Source: Nageia nagi
Taxonomy: Eukaryota > Plantae > Pinophyta
NCBI GenBank assembly: GCA_050084985.1
Contig: JBITNC010000001.1
Location: 145,886,001 to 145,950,000 of the forward strand
Reading direction: 5' to 3'
Length of the DNA: 64,000 nt
In this document: piece by piece, positions 26,428-39,439 of the stretch
Numbering within the stretch: position 1 is the first letter of the stretch
How the letters are laid out: each line of letters starts with the position of its first letter
Program-made: the position numbers and the translations under genes
The notes under the pieces: generated by a model
What the model saw: the letters and a program-made list of their open reading frames with translations, nothing else
What the model was told of the DNA's origin: nothing
Databases searched by the model: none

Positions 26428-27587
26428 TGCAAATTAATGTAAACCAATTTCATTATTCCATCATTTTATTTTTTAAAAAAGTATTATTATTAATTATTTG
26501 TACCAATATACAATATTCTTGATTATTGATGTCATTTTTTAGGAATCATCTACTATTGTAGAGTAAAGAGTTGGAGAAGGAAGCATGCCTATGGTAAAAA
26601 ATGAAAGGAGAAATATTTGAAGTAAGTAGAGAACAATTAATGAATAATAAATTATTTTAGTGGGCTTACAATTATTGAGGTAGTTTGACATAAAGAGAGT
26701 AGAATAACTTTGATGTGTACTTTGCTCTTGGTTTTATTAGGATTCATGAAGGGAGTGAGCAATGCAAGAGTCCTACATGTAGTCTAGGTTTGTTAATTTA
26801 AAATCATAATTAATACTACTATGAGTCACTTTATGGGTATTGGAACCTTAAAACATGTCAAGTCCAAATTGGATGACATGCCATATAGCTTACCTTGATA
26901 ATTAAGTTGTAAAATAGTGTGATGGCTTCCACTTCTACACCTACAATAAAATCAATGAGGTGTAAAATATACCCTTATTAATAGGGTGCTCCTCTAGTCA
27001 TCACCATCAACAAATTAACCACTACATCACATCACTTCTACATCGACTATTTAACTTTCCTCTTACCATTTCTAATCTCAACTCTTATCTCTCTTTCCAT
27101 TTGCTTGCTAAATTGCTTATACAAGATTAGAATACTAATAGCAGGGTACCTCATTCTCTCAATAGTTTTCTTTTATAGTTTCCATTTTCTTATTTTTAAG
27201 ATATCTTAGAATCTACTACTGGTTGTGTGCATTTTAGAGACAACATTATTGTTGGGCCATTGCACAACTCCAAAAAGCTTACCTATGATAAGGATTTCTA
27301 CAAATGTAGAGGAGGAGAAGGAAGTTATTGAAGATGAAGAGATCGAGTTGGGGAAAGACAAAATGCTATCCAAGAAAAATATTTCAACTTGACCACTTAT
27401 AAGGTACCTAATTTTTATTTCCTTGTTAAAAAATAATTGAATTTTTAAAAGATTTATTAGAAACTTATTTATTTATTAATTAAATATTTTGATTATGCTA
27501 TCTCTTTTAATAAAAAATAATACTTAAAATCAGAGATAATAATTACTAATCTATGGCATACCCATTGCATAAGGTTCCAATAGTTTG

Positions 27588-28044
27588 TATAATATTTATT
27601 AAAACATTATAACATATAAGAAAATTATATCTCTACATTCTGAATAGCTTGAGTTTATATGAATTACTATATTATTTCATTACACAAAATAAGCATCTAT
27701 TAAGTAGATGCATACGAACATCATAAGGTTTTAAAAACTATTTGATAAAGATAAAAGGCCCATGCAAATACCACAATAAAAGAATGACCTAAATGGATAA
27801 TGATGACTTTGACACATAATAATTTTTGAAAAAAGCTTTGAGAATAAATAAGGAAACCTATGAAGATAGGTTTAGTAGATAGAAACCTTTCATTATTCGT
27901 TTATTCTTTAAATAAAAATGAGTTTTGCTAAATTTAGGAATTTTTCATAGGAAACAACAACCACACTATTACCAGTTTGCGTATATTTAAAGTGAATAAA
28001 AAGATAGCCATCATTACAAATTTGTTTGACACCAATCTCATCTA
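27588..28044. repeat. Copy 2 of the duplicated segment, last visible part
   Basis: Colinear with 6048-6505; homology ends at tcta|tgtaatgc. Confidence 0.85.
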
Positions 28045-29339
28045 TGTAATGCAAATAGAACACATAACTAGTGTAAAATTGACATGAACCTTCCTATGGA
28101 ATCCAAAACTACTAACATTTATAAGATTTTAAAAAGAAAGTATGGTTTGTAGTAAATCATTTATTGACAAAATACAAAAACATTAGAACCCATTGAAATC
28201 TAGTGACAAGGGGGAAAGAAACCTTATATAGAGAATGGGAAAAATTATCAAACAAGTAATATTAGGTTTACTTACCAACATCAACCCATGTCTCCTTACT
28301 AAAAGTGATAATATTAAAATACTTAAAATAATACTATATGGCTAGCATATTTCCTTTAGTTTAAAGAGAATAGATATAGGGAAATAAAAATGTATAAGAC
28401 ATATCAATGTAGTAACTATAAAATTCATTATAATTCACATTATGATTAAAATTTGAGTTTATCATATATCAAAAGAAATAAACCTATACATTTTACTAAT
28501 TAAATGCTAAAATTAAGAAGAGTAATTGATTTTAAAGATTGGGTAGAAAAAGAGATAGTGGGAGTTGCACCTTGCATAGGGTTCAAGATATAGTTAGATG
28601 GTATATGTATATAAAATATCAATTCAAGCATCTAATACTAGAATATTTGCATCATTAAAATATTTATATTTTCGTTGGAGCTACCCCAACCACCACCTTA
28701 GTTGAAACCTTCCCTGCACCATCATGACCTCCCTAGATGATGAAATATTGCATGCAATTTTCTCTCTTTTAGCATGAAAGCTCATGACACCTCTATTGTA
28801 GGCCAATGATGATATAGGTTTAGGAAGTGGAGACCTAAGCTAGACAAGATTATTCATTTTAAAGTTCTATAGGCTGGAGATGATGTTAGCCCAACAAGAC
28901 ATCGTTAAGGAGAAATACTATTAGGAATTATGAGGAGATGACATCAATAATAAAATCAGGAATCCCTAGTGAGGAAGGGTGGACAGAAGTAAGACCTCAT
29001 ATGAAGATGACATTAGCAATAGAAAGAGGTTTAAAATGAACTAAGATCATAAGCTTCAACCTAGTGACTTCTATGATGGTTAGTCATGTTAGTGTGTTGT
29101 GTTAGATGATGTTAGGAATAAAACATTGAGTATCCAATAAAAGGAAGTAGTCATCCAATAAGAGAAGTGAATGAAGGTTTCAATCCCCTAGTTGACATTA
29201 GTAGAAGAACAAGTATATCAAAACACCAATACCAGTAAATTTAAGGAGATGGCATCATCCATTGTATCACCTATTACTGGCAACAAAGTACTTCAAAAGA
29301 GTAGGATGAACGAGGATTCAACCAATCAATAAAATAAAT

Positions 29340-29560
29340 TAGTAATGCTCAGAGCATGAAAAATTTCCTCAAGTAATACTCAACAATCATGCTACCACCT
29401 CTAGCATGCAATAGTTGACATTTAACAATATAAAGATATGTTTAGTTGAATTATGATATTGGCTAATAGAGAGTTAAAGTAGTAGTTCATTGAGCATATT
29501 TGCTTCATAAGTTAGGCCCCAAAATTACTTAAAGATAGAAATATGATTTAGGTATCATGC
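29340..29560 (-). mobile_element. Possible Ty1/Copia RNase H C-terminal remnant
   Basis: Minus strand reads QYHNSTKHI (cf. H.RTKHI) at ~29435-29462, followed by VEY. Heavily decayed. Confidence 0.35.
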
Positions 29561-32500
29561 ATGTAGCTTGAGATTGAAGCATTATGAGTAATAGAATAAA
29601 GAAGGCACATATTTCAGCATGCAAGATCTAATCACCAACAACCCTAAAGTAGATGTGTACATAACATAATTCATTATGAGAATTGAAGACTTATTCATGG
29701 AGAGGTGAGCATGAGATAGCCAAAGCCATGCAAAAATTTGTAATAATATCTCAAAGTAATATAGACATAGATCTTTTACTAATATTTAAGCTTCTTAAGT
29801 TAACACCTTATTGTAAGTAGCGTAGCAGTTGCATTTCAATAGTAAGATTAAGAGTTAGTTCAAGTATCAAAGAATGTATGATCGAGTCATATTTTTAAAC
29901 AGTGTATCTATTATTAATAGAGAAGTTCAATATTGTAAAAAAGGGAGGATTACTTGGTATTTACACTTTTATAATGGAAAAATAATTATTTTACATCAAA
30001 TTGAATTGGTTCATGTTTACTCTTTTATTTCAATGTTTGCATTTCTTGATGTTATAAGGATGATTTTGATCAATTCTTCCCCTCATTTGTGATGTAGGTG
30101 ATTAATATATTAGTAGCTATTATGCCCATCCCTCTATCATAGGTATATGATTTTGTGTTCATATATGGCTATGAGTTGAGTATCCTCCCTATGATTTTGG
30201 TGGATTTCATTGAAACCCTAGGTTGGATCCATGCTTCATCCTTTTTAATTTTATTCTAGTAACTTTACTTATCTCTGAGATTAATATTATTTATGGTACT
30301 ATATTCCCTCAATTTTTTATACTTTTGATCCTAACACAAAAGGCACTCGATACCTAATAGAGTAGGCTACCATCCTAACAAAATCAAAATTAAATTATGA
30401 AACCTAGACCTTAAATCTTGCATTCTTATCTAATAGGATTTATTCTTGAATGAGATAGGTCACTCTTTCTATGGGTTAATTGTTCTAGGGTCCCACAGTT
30501 TATTTACTTGATCTAGGAAGGTGCTCTCTTATCGATGAGGGAGTTTCAACTGAGGGATCTTCTACCTTATTAGCAAATAATGAGTTTTTAGAGGAAGCAT
30601 TTTATATAAGAAATAAATTGTAAAATTAGAGATTGAATACCATACATCCAATGTTAGTTAGTATAATCTTAGCCTGATGCATCTTGTATCATTACCTATT
30701 AAATTTTTTTAACATGCTTAGAGGGACCTATTCCACACACTCAAAGGTATTATTTAGGAACCTAGTTGAAGCATGTATGGTATGTACATATATTGTCTTT
30801 TGTAAATAACATATGAAGTCAAGGTAACTCCAAAATGTAAAAGTTGGATCCTATCTCTTATATGATTTTGGTTTTGACCTTGAAAATAAATGTTTCTTAC
30901 TAACCTATTGGATTAGTTAGTTTTTTTGAAAGCCCCCATTCATTATCAAGGTATACATTTCTTTTTCATACATGATTGTATTTCTATTTCATCATCCACA
31001 TATACACTATGTTTTTTAGTTAAAAATCCTTTTCTCAAGCTACACAAGCAACTCAAGTATCAATTGTGTAAATACTAGTAAGTATCATATGAGTTTAAGT
31101 CATTTTATGTTCCATAAAAATCTTATGCTAAATTCACAATCAAGTGATAGAAGTTGTTAGAAACAAATCTCTAACCTAGAAGGTGTGATTTCAATGTATA
31201 TAAAAGATAAAATAATAAATACCTGATGACCTAAGTGAAGAACACATCAGAGAATATGTAAATAAGTGAGGTATAGGAGCATCATGCATAAACAACCTTA
31301 GGGCCATCACCAAGAAAGGAAATGCTACATCACAAATAAAAAATATTAGATTGGTCATCCCTAGGAAAGTAAGGCCAAGAAAAACTAAGATTAAGGACTT
31401 TGAATAGATGTTGTCAGTAGTGAAGTGGATATATCTAGCTTAAAAGCTCCTCTAGTTTCTATAACAATAGATGTTATTAGCATAATGTGAAAACATCCTA
31501 TAGTTTAATAATTAGGACTTCTCTAAGTATGATCAAGGCTAAGTGTTTCCTCCCATCATAGGGATGAAAGTTTCTCATTGTAAATCATGAGTTTCTAGTT
31601 TCTTGATCAATCCATTGAAAAAGATGAAGAAAGAGATCAAATGCACCCAAGGGCTATATAAGAAATAAATACCATAAAAATTATCAGGTACATCTATGGA
31701 TAAAATTATAATTGCTAAGATCTTTATAACTTAAGATAACTATAAAAGATTCCTTTCTTTCCTTGGGAAATTATATATGTAACCTAAACTATGGAAAGGA
31801 TTTAAGAATAAATATATATAAACAACATCAATTGGTATGAATCAAGTTTGATGAGATTTCATCTGTATTACTAAAAGGATGATTGATATCAATTTCACTA
31901 GTACCTAGTCAAGTTATCAAAATTTTCAAGACTATGATAATAATGATTTATGGATGATGATAATCTAGTGGGATGAATTGAAATTAGATTGGTTAAAATT
32001 GCAAATAAAATGATCTTAAAGGTTATAGTCAACTCCCATGCATGGTGATGAAGATTAGAAGGAAAGCTGCTACACATACCATTGCTAGATGTAATCAAAA
32101 TCCTAAGAGATAAGTCATTCAAGAAAAAAAGGTATGGATCTCTAGATCCTTAATTGATTTTAGTTTTGTGTGAATACAAATGAGACTCCTACAAAATTCT
32201 CCAATGAGGATGAGGTTGAAGATTAAATAGTAGGATCATACTTCACTTTACCAAAAATATAGAAGGAAAATGGAAGCTACCAAGAGATGATATATGTTAA
32301 GTGATATCTTCGAAACCATACCTTGGTGTGGTATTCATATAGATTAGTGTGTTCTATTATTTCTATGCCATGTACCCCCTAACATCCTTTCTTTAATCTT
32401 TCCAATTTGGAAAATTTACCATGATCATTCTAGTTTAGATATTCCAAATCAATATCCAACCCTATTTCTTATCTACCCTTATCTTTGCTCACATGTTTTC

Positions 32501-32677
32501 TACCTTCCCCAGTCACTGGTTTTCCTTCAAAATATCCTCTTGCATTTTCTCAACCAACTTATTGACCATCTCACCTCCCTAAAGTGATTTCAATCTCTTA
32601 AAAGGAAATCCCTCTTCTACACAAGACTCCTTACCATTTCTGATTCCTTGTGATGTATTAGCCTAGTGATGTGTAGA

Positions 32678-33692
32678 GGGTACATACAAGAAGTTAGGTC
32701 CACTCTAAGGCTAAAAAGTGGAAGTATTTTCTTTGATAATCAAATTTGGGTATGATTGATATCAAACTTTAAAGCACTTATACATGAAATTATGAAAAAG
32801 ATCACTAGGGTAAAAAAGTAGTGCTCAAAGTCTAATTTTTAAATATATAATTTATTCCATTACCTAGATCATAGAATTTAAAATTTGGTAGGATGAACAA
32901 AAATCACTTTTAAAAAAAAATCATTTTTGGATAATACCATGTATGTGTCCATACACCATAATTTGACTTAAATAAAGGTATTTTTTAAAAATACTTTTAG
33001 GTATAGATACCTAACACATTGGATCTTGTTCTAGATATTTTATCATAATTTTTGGATCCATTTTTTTTTTTAATGTTGTACCAAACATATTTGTGGTTTC
33101 GAATAGTGCTCATGTTTGTACATCATAATTTGATCTAAACTTAATCTTTTTTTTAAAAAAAAAAATCTTATACAAAATTCTATGAAGCTTTTCCTTATAT
33201 AATTATTTTTTTATAACTACCAAATAAAAACATATCAAGAAAATACAAGACCCTCATATTTCAAGTATATGACCACTTTTACTAAAAAATAATTAAAAAA
33301 TATAAAATATTATCCAATTGTATATATAATTATATATTTGAAATCTACACTCTTTAATCTATAGTGGATTTAAATTGTATAAAATAATTCTACCAAAATA
33401 TCCATCAAATCTATGATTGAAGTTGAGATTTTTCATTAAAATTTCCATGAATATATACTTGGAAGTCCAAGGCTAAGTGTTGGATTACCAAGCCTTTCCC
33501 AAGCCCAAATTTGAGGTGAAATCAAAGATTCAAATATTGATATCTTGATATTTGTATGTACTTTAGCTCTAAATCTTAAGATCTTGATATTTATTGGGAT
33601 CCCAAACCTAAATCAAGATCTTAATTTTTTTGACATTGAATTTCAGCTTCATTGATTTTCCCCACTTCCCCTTTAAGTGGATCCAATTTCTT
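32678..33692. mobile_element. ~1-kb non-autonomous TIR element, copy B
   Basis: Left GGGTACATACAAGAAGTTAGGTCCACT vs reverse complement of the right end GGTTGAAAACAAGAAATTGGATCCACT. Perfect 4-bp TSD taga (32674-32677 / 33693-33696). Confidence 0.88.
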
Positions 33693-33696
33693 GTTT

Positions 33697-34235
33697 TCAA
33701 CCTAGAGCGAATCCCCCTAGTATTAAACCTTTTATTCGGACCTCCCATTCATACCATATTCTATACCTCACCAAGGTCTTGAATGACAAGCATTGCAAGA
33801 TGTCTAAGGAAATATAGTCTTTAGATTTGAATGATATTTGAATAAGCAAGTTTATCATTGGAGGTAGTTATTTAGAGAGAAAAGCATAAAGGCCACTTGG
33901 TTCTTGACTCAGGCCTTCATATCAAAAAAATAAATCTTCCCTTTTGGGGAGAGTAAATTATAGAGGTAAAAATCATAAAGGTTTCACAAAAGGGCAAGCT
34001 AAGGAGAAATTTTGTTGGGCATTCACATTTTCCTTTCATCCACCCAAATTCATTTTTATTATACATGATTTTTCTTTATCCTCATAAAACATTTCACCTT
34101 TGTTGAAGCATTTGGTGAGGCATCAACATGTACACAAAATCATGATTCTGGCATCCAAGAGTAGAATCCCTACATCATCACAACCTTTAGACCTTCCATG
34201 GATCTACCCCAACCATGACCTTGGTCAAAACCTTC
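33697..34235 (-). mobile_element. Possible LINE (L1-type) remnant
   Basis: Minus strand VLTKVMVGVDPWKGL resembles the plant L1 ORF1 ARI.VEVD..K.L motif. Otherwise too decayed to confirm. Confidence 0.25.
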
Positions 34236-34759
34236 CTCGTATTATTATTTTTATAAATTTTTAAAAAATATAATAAAAATATGCAATCTCGTAGACTTTA
34301 GTGATTTCAAGAAATTCTAAAATTGGTCTTCTTAAGGAAGTTGAAAATCTCTTTAGGAAAATACAATAGAAAGAGATATAATCTCATGGAATGTCATAAT
34401 CATAGTATATGCATAGGGTGGACATAGTTTAGAGCTTACAAGTAATTTTTAGAATTATAATTGATTAATTTTATACCATATTCATTAATTATTGCAAGTA
34501 TTCTAGTTGTATGCATAGTTTTTGTAGGCTTATAATGGGGTACATATATTTATAGAAGAAGAATTAGATACAAATTTCTTTCAAATATAAATATGACAAA
34601 AACTCTAATAGAAATGTATGCAATTATGATGTTTGAAGCCAAACTCTCTTGAACTTTTGTAATTATTAAGATCTAATTATTAAAAAATAATAATAGAGGG
34701 AGGGAACATATGCCAAAGGAAATACATCTCTTTTGAAGCCATTTAAAAACATTTCTAAA

Positions 34760-34760
34760 G

Positions 34761-34813
<53 letters not shown>
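34760..34813. repeat. (TA)n(TATG)n microsatellite
   Basis: Directly visible. Confidence 0.97.
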
Positions 34814-34815
<2 letters not shown>

Positions 34816-35029
34816 TCTATTTCCAAATAATTTAAAACTAAATCGTATTGATATTTTAGATGAGAGTGACTTTAATGTTGTGGCCAAAGATACATCCAAG
34901 TACACATTCTTATTTTCTCTACCTTTTATGAATGCCCAATAAAAAGATATTGTTAAGACAAATTTTTGTATTCACATATTTTTATGCAATTTATAAGCCA
35001 TATGTAAGGACATCCATATATCCTATTAA

Positions 35030-35870
35030 GTGATATATAAAATAAAATGATCAAAGGGTATGCAATTTATGGCTATAAAAATGCTTCCCTTAAACTTTTT
35101 GATATGATAAAGCTACACTTTAGAACTAAGCATGAAAACATAACCTTTATATATGTTCTACTAATATATAACCATACAAGTCTAGTAGATTAGGATTGTA
35201 AATACACTAATAGCATGAGCCACTCTTATTGTATTTTTTAGGACATGAATAATTATATGTACATTATTTATCTTCTGAATTGTGTAACCTATCTAGAACT
35301 AATGAAGTCTTAAATGTGATTACCAAAATTCCCTGATGATGTATTGTGTCATAGACTGTAATGATTTTAGGATATATATAAAGTGGATTGTTTTAAAATT
35401 AAAGGACTTAAAAACTTTTAATATGCACAAATCAGGTGTGAGCTACACTCTTTACCCTATGTAAGCATTTTTTTATTACATACCATCATGAAATCTTGGA
35501 CATCTATCAAAGAGTAGTAAAAAAATGGTGTTACATCAAATGTTGTGAATATGAACTCCCTTGTATATATGTATACAAAACATGAAACAATAAACAAGAA
35601 TTGGGAATTATTTGACAAGATGCATGATGCAAATCCAATTTCATTAAATACAATATTCAAAGGATATGTAATTCATGGATACAACTACGATGGATATATT
35701 TACTTTATATGTATAATACTAACATTCAACCATGTAGATCTACTAGATGAGCATTGCAAATACTTTACTAGCATGAGGTACTCTTATCATATTAATCCTA
35801 GGAATAATCATTATACAAATATTATTAACGTTATTGAGCATGGATGGCTATCTTGAAGTGAAGAGGAATT
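35030..35870 (+). pseudogene. Decayed PLS-class PPR fragments (two paralogous blocks)
   Basis: MIKGYAIYGY (~35048); ITFIYVLLIYNHTSLVD*DCKY (~35140); ORF 35545-35856 NSLVYMYTK..INKNWELFDKMHDANPISLNTIFKGYVIHG...NHVDLLDEHCKYF. Confidence 0.88.
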
Positions 35871-36699
35871 GAATTTCTACTCTAATATACCTTAACAAAA
35901 TACTATATCATATGTTAAATAAAAATATTAGTGAATAACTGCAAGAAATGAAATATAACATAAATCTTTTATGATTGTAGATGGATGTTGGTGTTTGTTT
36001 GATAACAAAAATTATTTATTTCTTTGATGTGATTGATCTTCTTTTGAGCTTTTATCCATATAACCAAAATACCCTTATTAAGATAATCAAAATGATAATA
36101 ATAAGATATGCTCAAAATAATTCAAATCAAGTAACAACCCATCCAAGATTGTATACAAATTTAGAATTAGGATGAGAATTATACCATGGAAAAATAAAAT
36201 ATTATATCCCCTTTCACAAATGACAATTAACATATTGCGTCTTCACTTAATATATGACTCTTGAATTTTTATGTTAATGCTTAAAAAATATGGAAGAAGT
36301 AGCATATAAATTGAAGATAAGGAGGCTTGTCCTCATTCCTATCTTTCTATGTATATATCATATAATTCGTACTATGCTTACATTGCAGATAGGAACAAGA
36401 ATGATAATATCAAGTTTCATTGACATAGTGCTATATTAATATGTCTTGAATATAATTGTAATGATAATGTACAGTTCAACTAAAACCATGCTACAATAAT
36501 ATAATATGAATATACTGTAGTGATAATTTAATCTAAATATATATTTAACAATAATGATAGTTTAGTTGAAAATAGATGTATCTCACAATTATGCAAAAAT
36601 GTAGACAATTCCATGCTACCATTTTTGATACGTTTAACCAATAATCATGCCAACATCAAATAATAATACAATAGCAATTTTATTACTATTTTATTCATG

Positions 36700-36933
36700 C
36701 TCTCAAGTAATTTAGAAGATATTTTATGTCCCATTCTTACAAAGAAAAAAGATGGTATTTTAAGTGCCTTTTTATATCCATATCTTTAAGAGAGTTTTCT
36801 TTCCATCATGTTCTACTTTGTAACCATTCACTTGGCTATGATAAATTACATTCAAGTCATATTAGTAGGACTATTCTAGCACCCAAATACATGCACCAGT
36901 CAACACCACATCGCATAACACTATGTATGCATC
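36700..36933 (-). mobile_element. Short CRM-like Gypsy fragment (protease downstream region)
   Basis: Minus strand VLCDVVLTGACIWVLE*SY*YDLNVIYHSQVNGYKVEHDGKK (cf. VLCDVVPMDACH.LLGRPWQYD). DNA is homologous to 57320-57552. Confidence 0.75.
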
Positions 36934-36949
36934 TGTCAAAATCATATAA

Positions 36950-38470
36950 TTATTTTTTGATTCCCTACAATGCAATGCAATTCAGATCACTCTTCGCCGG
37001 TGGAGGCCACTTGAGGACGAGGACAAGAAAGCTCATAATTAAAAGCCCTGAGATTTGAGAATGCGGGTAGAAGGTTGCAGCTTCCAAACTTGTAAAATCT
37101 TTGGGTTACATAATTATATGCACGACCACACCCATATTTGTTGTCAAACACTGCAAAAGAATCCCTAAACTGTGCAAAATCGTAATGCGGTTCCATTCGC
37201 GAGCCCCACAATTCCTTTGGAAATTCAACCACTTTTTCCATAGTAAATCCCTGAGCTTCATGACCTGGGGGAAAAGGGTTCAACCGGCATAGACCGATTC
37301 CCCTTTCAGTGGCGTTGTTGTCTATTCCAGGGTTATTGAAGGAACTCATTATAAATAGCTGGTTTTTGTAGGAACCAAGGCAGGACTTGTCTGCTTATAT
37401 TTTTTTTGAAGCCTTGTCAACCACATCCACTCAATAATCACAACCTCATGGTTTTCGGCATTCAACCGACGCCAACTATCTCCAAGATTCCAAATATGAA
37501 GGGGATTTTGCATGCCATTGTGTTGATCAAAACCTAGACCGTAAATCTCTCCATCTCCTTCTTTGACAGCTTGAAAAGGGGAGAAACTCATTTTCTATCC
37601 GAGAAAGAGTCTGGAATCCTGGGAACCATACAGATCCACCTCTGGTGTCATAAGTATAGGAAAACATCTGAAATGTATACGTCATGTTATGTGTATATGC
37701 ATCATACACAGGATCATTTTCCAGTATAACAACAAGCTCCAAATCTAGGTGACCCCTAACATTCATGGATACACACAATATGGAAAAGAACGAGAAATTG
37801 TTGCCATAGTCAATCTTGAATTAGGAGGTTTTTCTCTCAGGATGAAATATTAAGAAGCAAATTGAATAGATGAGGTTATAACACAGGTATCCTTGCCAAC
37901 ATGCCACAATCTCGTCCATGTGACGAACCCCGTTTAAGTCGTAGAAGTTGTGCAAATGTTCAGTGGGAAAGTAGGGAAGGGCCATGTATTTCGGGTGGCC
38001 TTTCTCTTCCTCCTCCTGGTTGGTTAGAAGAAGCTGAGGACGTCCTGATGTTGTCCCATCATAAAGTAGACCTCCTGGTAATTCTTCTCCTCTTTCTTCT
38101 TCCGGGAGATGGCGTTGGTTTTGGACCTGCAGAGGATTTGGATCATCGATTTCCATGACGGCCGAAGCAGAAGCTTCTCCTTCTTGCTGCATTTGGATTT
38201 TAGCAGCCTTTATTTTTAATATAGTGGAGGCAAGTGATAAAAGAGGATAGGACTGTGAATGTTATAATGAAGATTTCTTCGGAATGGAATGAGCCTCTTG
38301 AGCAGCACCGTCTTCCCCTTAACGTCTATATTCGCGTCTTGGGAGAAGATCAAGAACACGACTAGTACTTGTAGAACGAGGCAGTCCACAGACCAACAAA
38401 ATTGACGGATTGCAGAATATGAAACGTTTCAAATTCATGTTGCAATGGTAAGATGATCGAGGATACAATG
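36950..38470. promoter_or_regulatory. CpG/CHG-retaining island covering the gene and ~280 bp upstream (likely unmethylated gene body and promoter)
   Basis: Many CG dinucleotides (ttcgccgg, ttcgcgag, ttcgcgtc, gacggccg), versus near absence elsewhere in the window. Confidence 0.75.
36987..38192 (-). pseudogene. Intronless ~400-codon gene with few lesions; tentatively F-box-associated/kelch-like beta-propeller protein with no recognisable F-box
   Basis: ORFs 37821-38192, 37527-37778 and 36987-37349 share one frame, and 37349-37591 bridges them in a shifted frame. In-frame TAA at 37821-37823 and 37395-37397. Motifs IVACWQGYLCY, FLIFHPERKT and CLGSYKNQLFIM resemble plant F-box-protein C-terminal blades. 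The region retains CpG and has higher GC. Confidence 0.7.
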
Positions 38471-39439
38471 TTCAAATAATGAACACAATTCTATCCAGCT
38501 GATAAGCAGCTTAAACTGCAATATGTACCTTGAAATTCCTATTTTCAATTTATTGAATTCAAAAATTAATGTAAAAATTTATATAGCTTAGATGTTTGTC
38601 GATGCTTCAATGAGTGGTTTGGTTAATTTAGTTGCATGGCTTTAATTTTTTATTTTTTTTATTAATTATTAATTTAAGAATTAGTTAGTTTACTAGTAGG
38701 TTCTAACCATGCTTCTCATATCCATGCTCAAGCTAGACACTTTCACCAACAGGTTAGGCTCGTGGATTATATGTTAATATAATATTATTACTTTCAATTA
38801 TTCTGAATTCATTTGCATATGAATTTATAAGATGGTATTCTTATGGGATATTCCTTATTAAAATTATGGAATAAAGAATAGGAAGTAGTATCTTTTTTAA
38901 AAAAATTAGTATCATTTATTTTTACAAGATAAATATATAGTTGTATTTTTCTTGGAATTAATTCTTTCATAATGTATTGAATATGATATATAGAGTAGTT
39001 TAACAAAAATTATGACATCTAGAAGAAGATAAAAGGATACAAAAAGGTCATAGTTATCAATTTTCTTTCTAATTTTTTGATTTCTATATATTAAGGGTTA
39101 TTAACTTCTGCAATAAAATAAGTATTAATTAATGATTAGTTATTTTAATGAATATTTACAACATTGTCAAAGTAAATTTTAAAATAATTCTTATAATCGA
39201 AATTTCTTACTCTTTATCTATTACATTGTTTAAATTATTTTTAAAAACTTCTATAGATCTACAACATGTTCCTTTAACTCTTATCCATGAATGGCTATAC
39301 ATAAATCATTATTTACCTTATTGTTTATTGTTCATATTAGGAACTACCCATAATAAGCTTATAATAATTGACATAGTAATTTTTATTATAGTCACATAAC
39401 TTGTAGAATTACATATACTAGATAAATGTTAAAAGATCA

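Larger units (their letters stand above)
21296..27587. mobile_element. ~6.3-kb insertion (or composite of insertions) in segment copy 2; class undetermined
   Basis: Homology to copy 1 stops at ~21295 (tccacccaaactaat ~ 6034-6048) and resumes at ~27588 (tataatatttatt ~ 6048-6060). No clear TSD. Confidence 0.65.

Noticed and set aside
28045-28600. Possible LTR starting tgtaatgc where segment homology ends
   Set aside because: No partner LTR, PBS or TSD could be found by eye.
37821-37823. Stop-codon readthrough, U-to-C editing or programmed frameshifting in the island gene
   Set aside because: Four separate recoding events would be needed and the context is nuclear. Pseudogenisation or assembly error is simpler.
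37901-38158. Plus-strand ORF (and 36726-37058, 37101-37292) as separate genes
   Set aside because: They are antisense shadows of the GC-richer minus-strand gene or of the Gypsy fragment, with no independent support.
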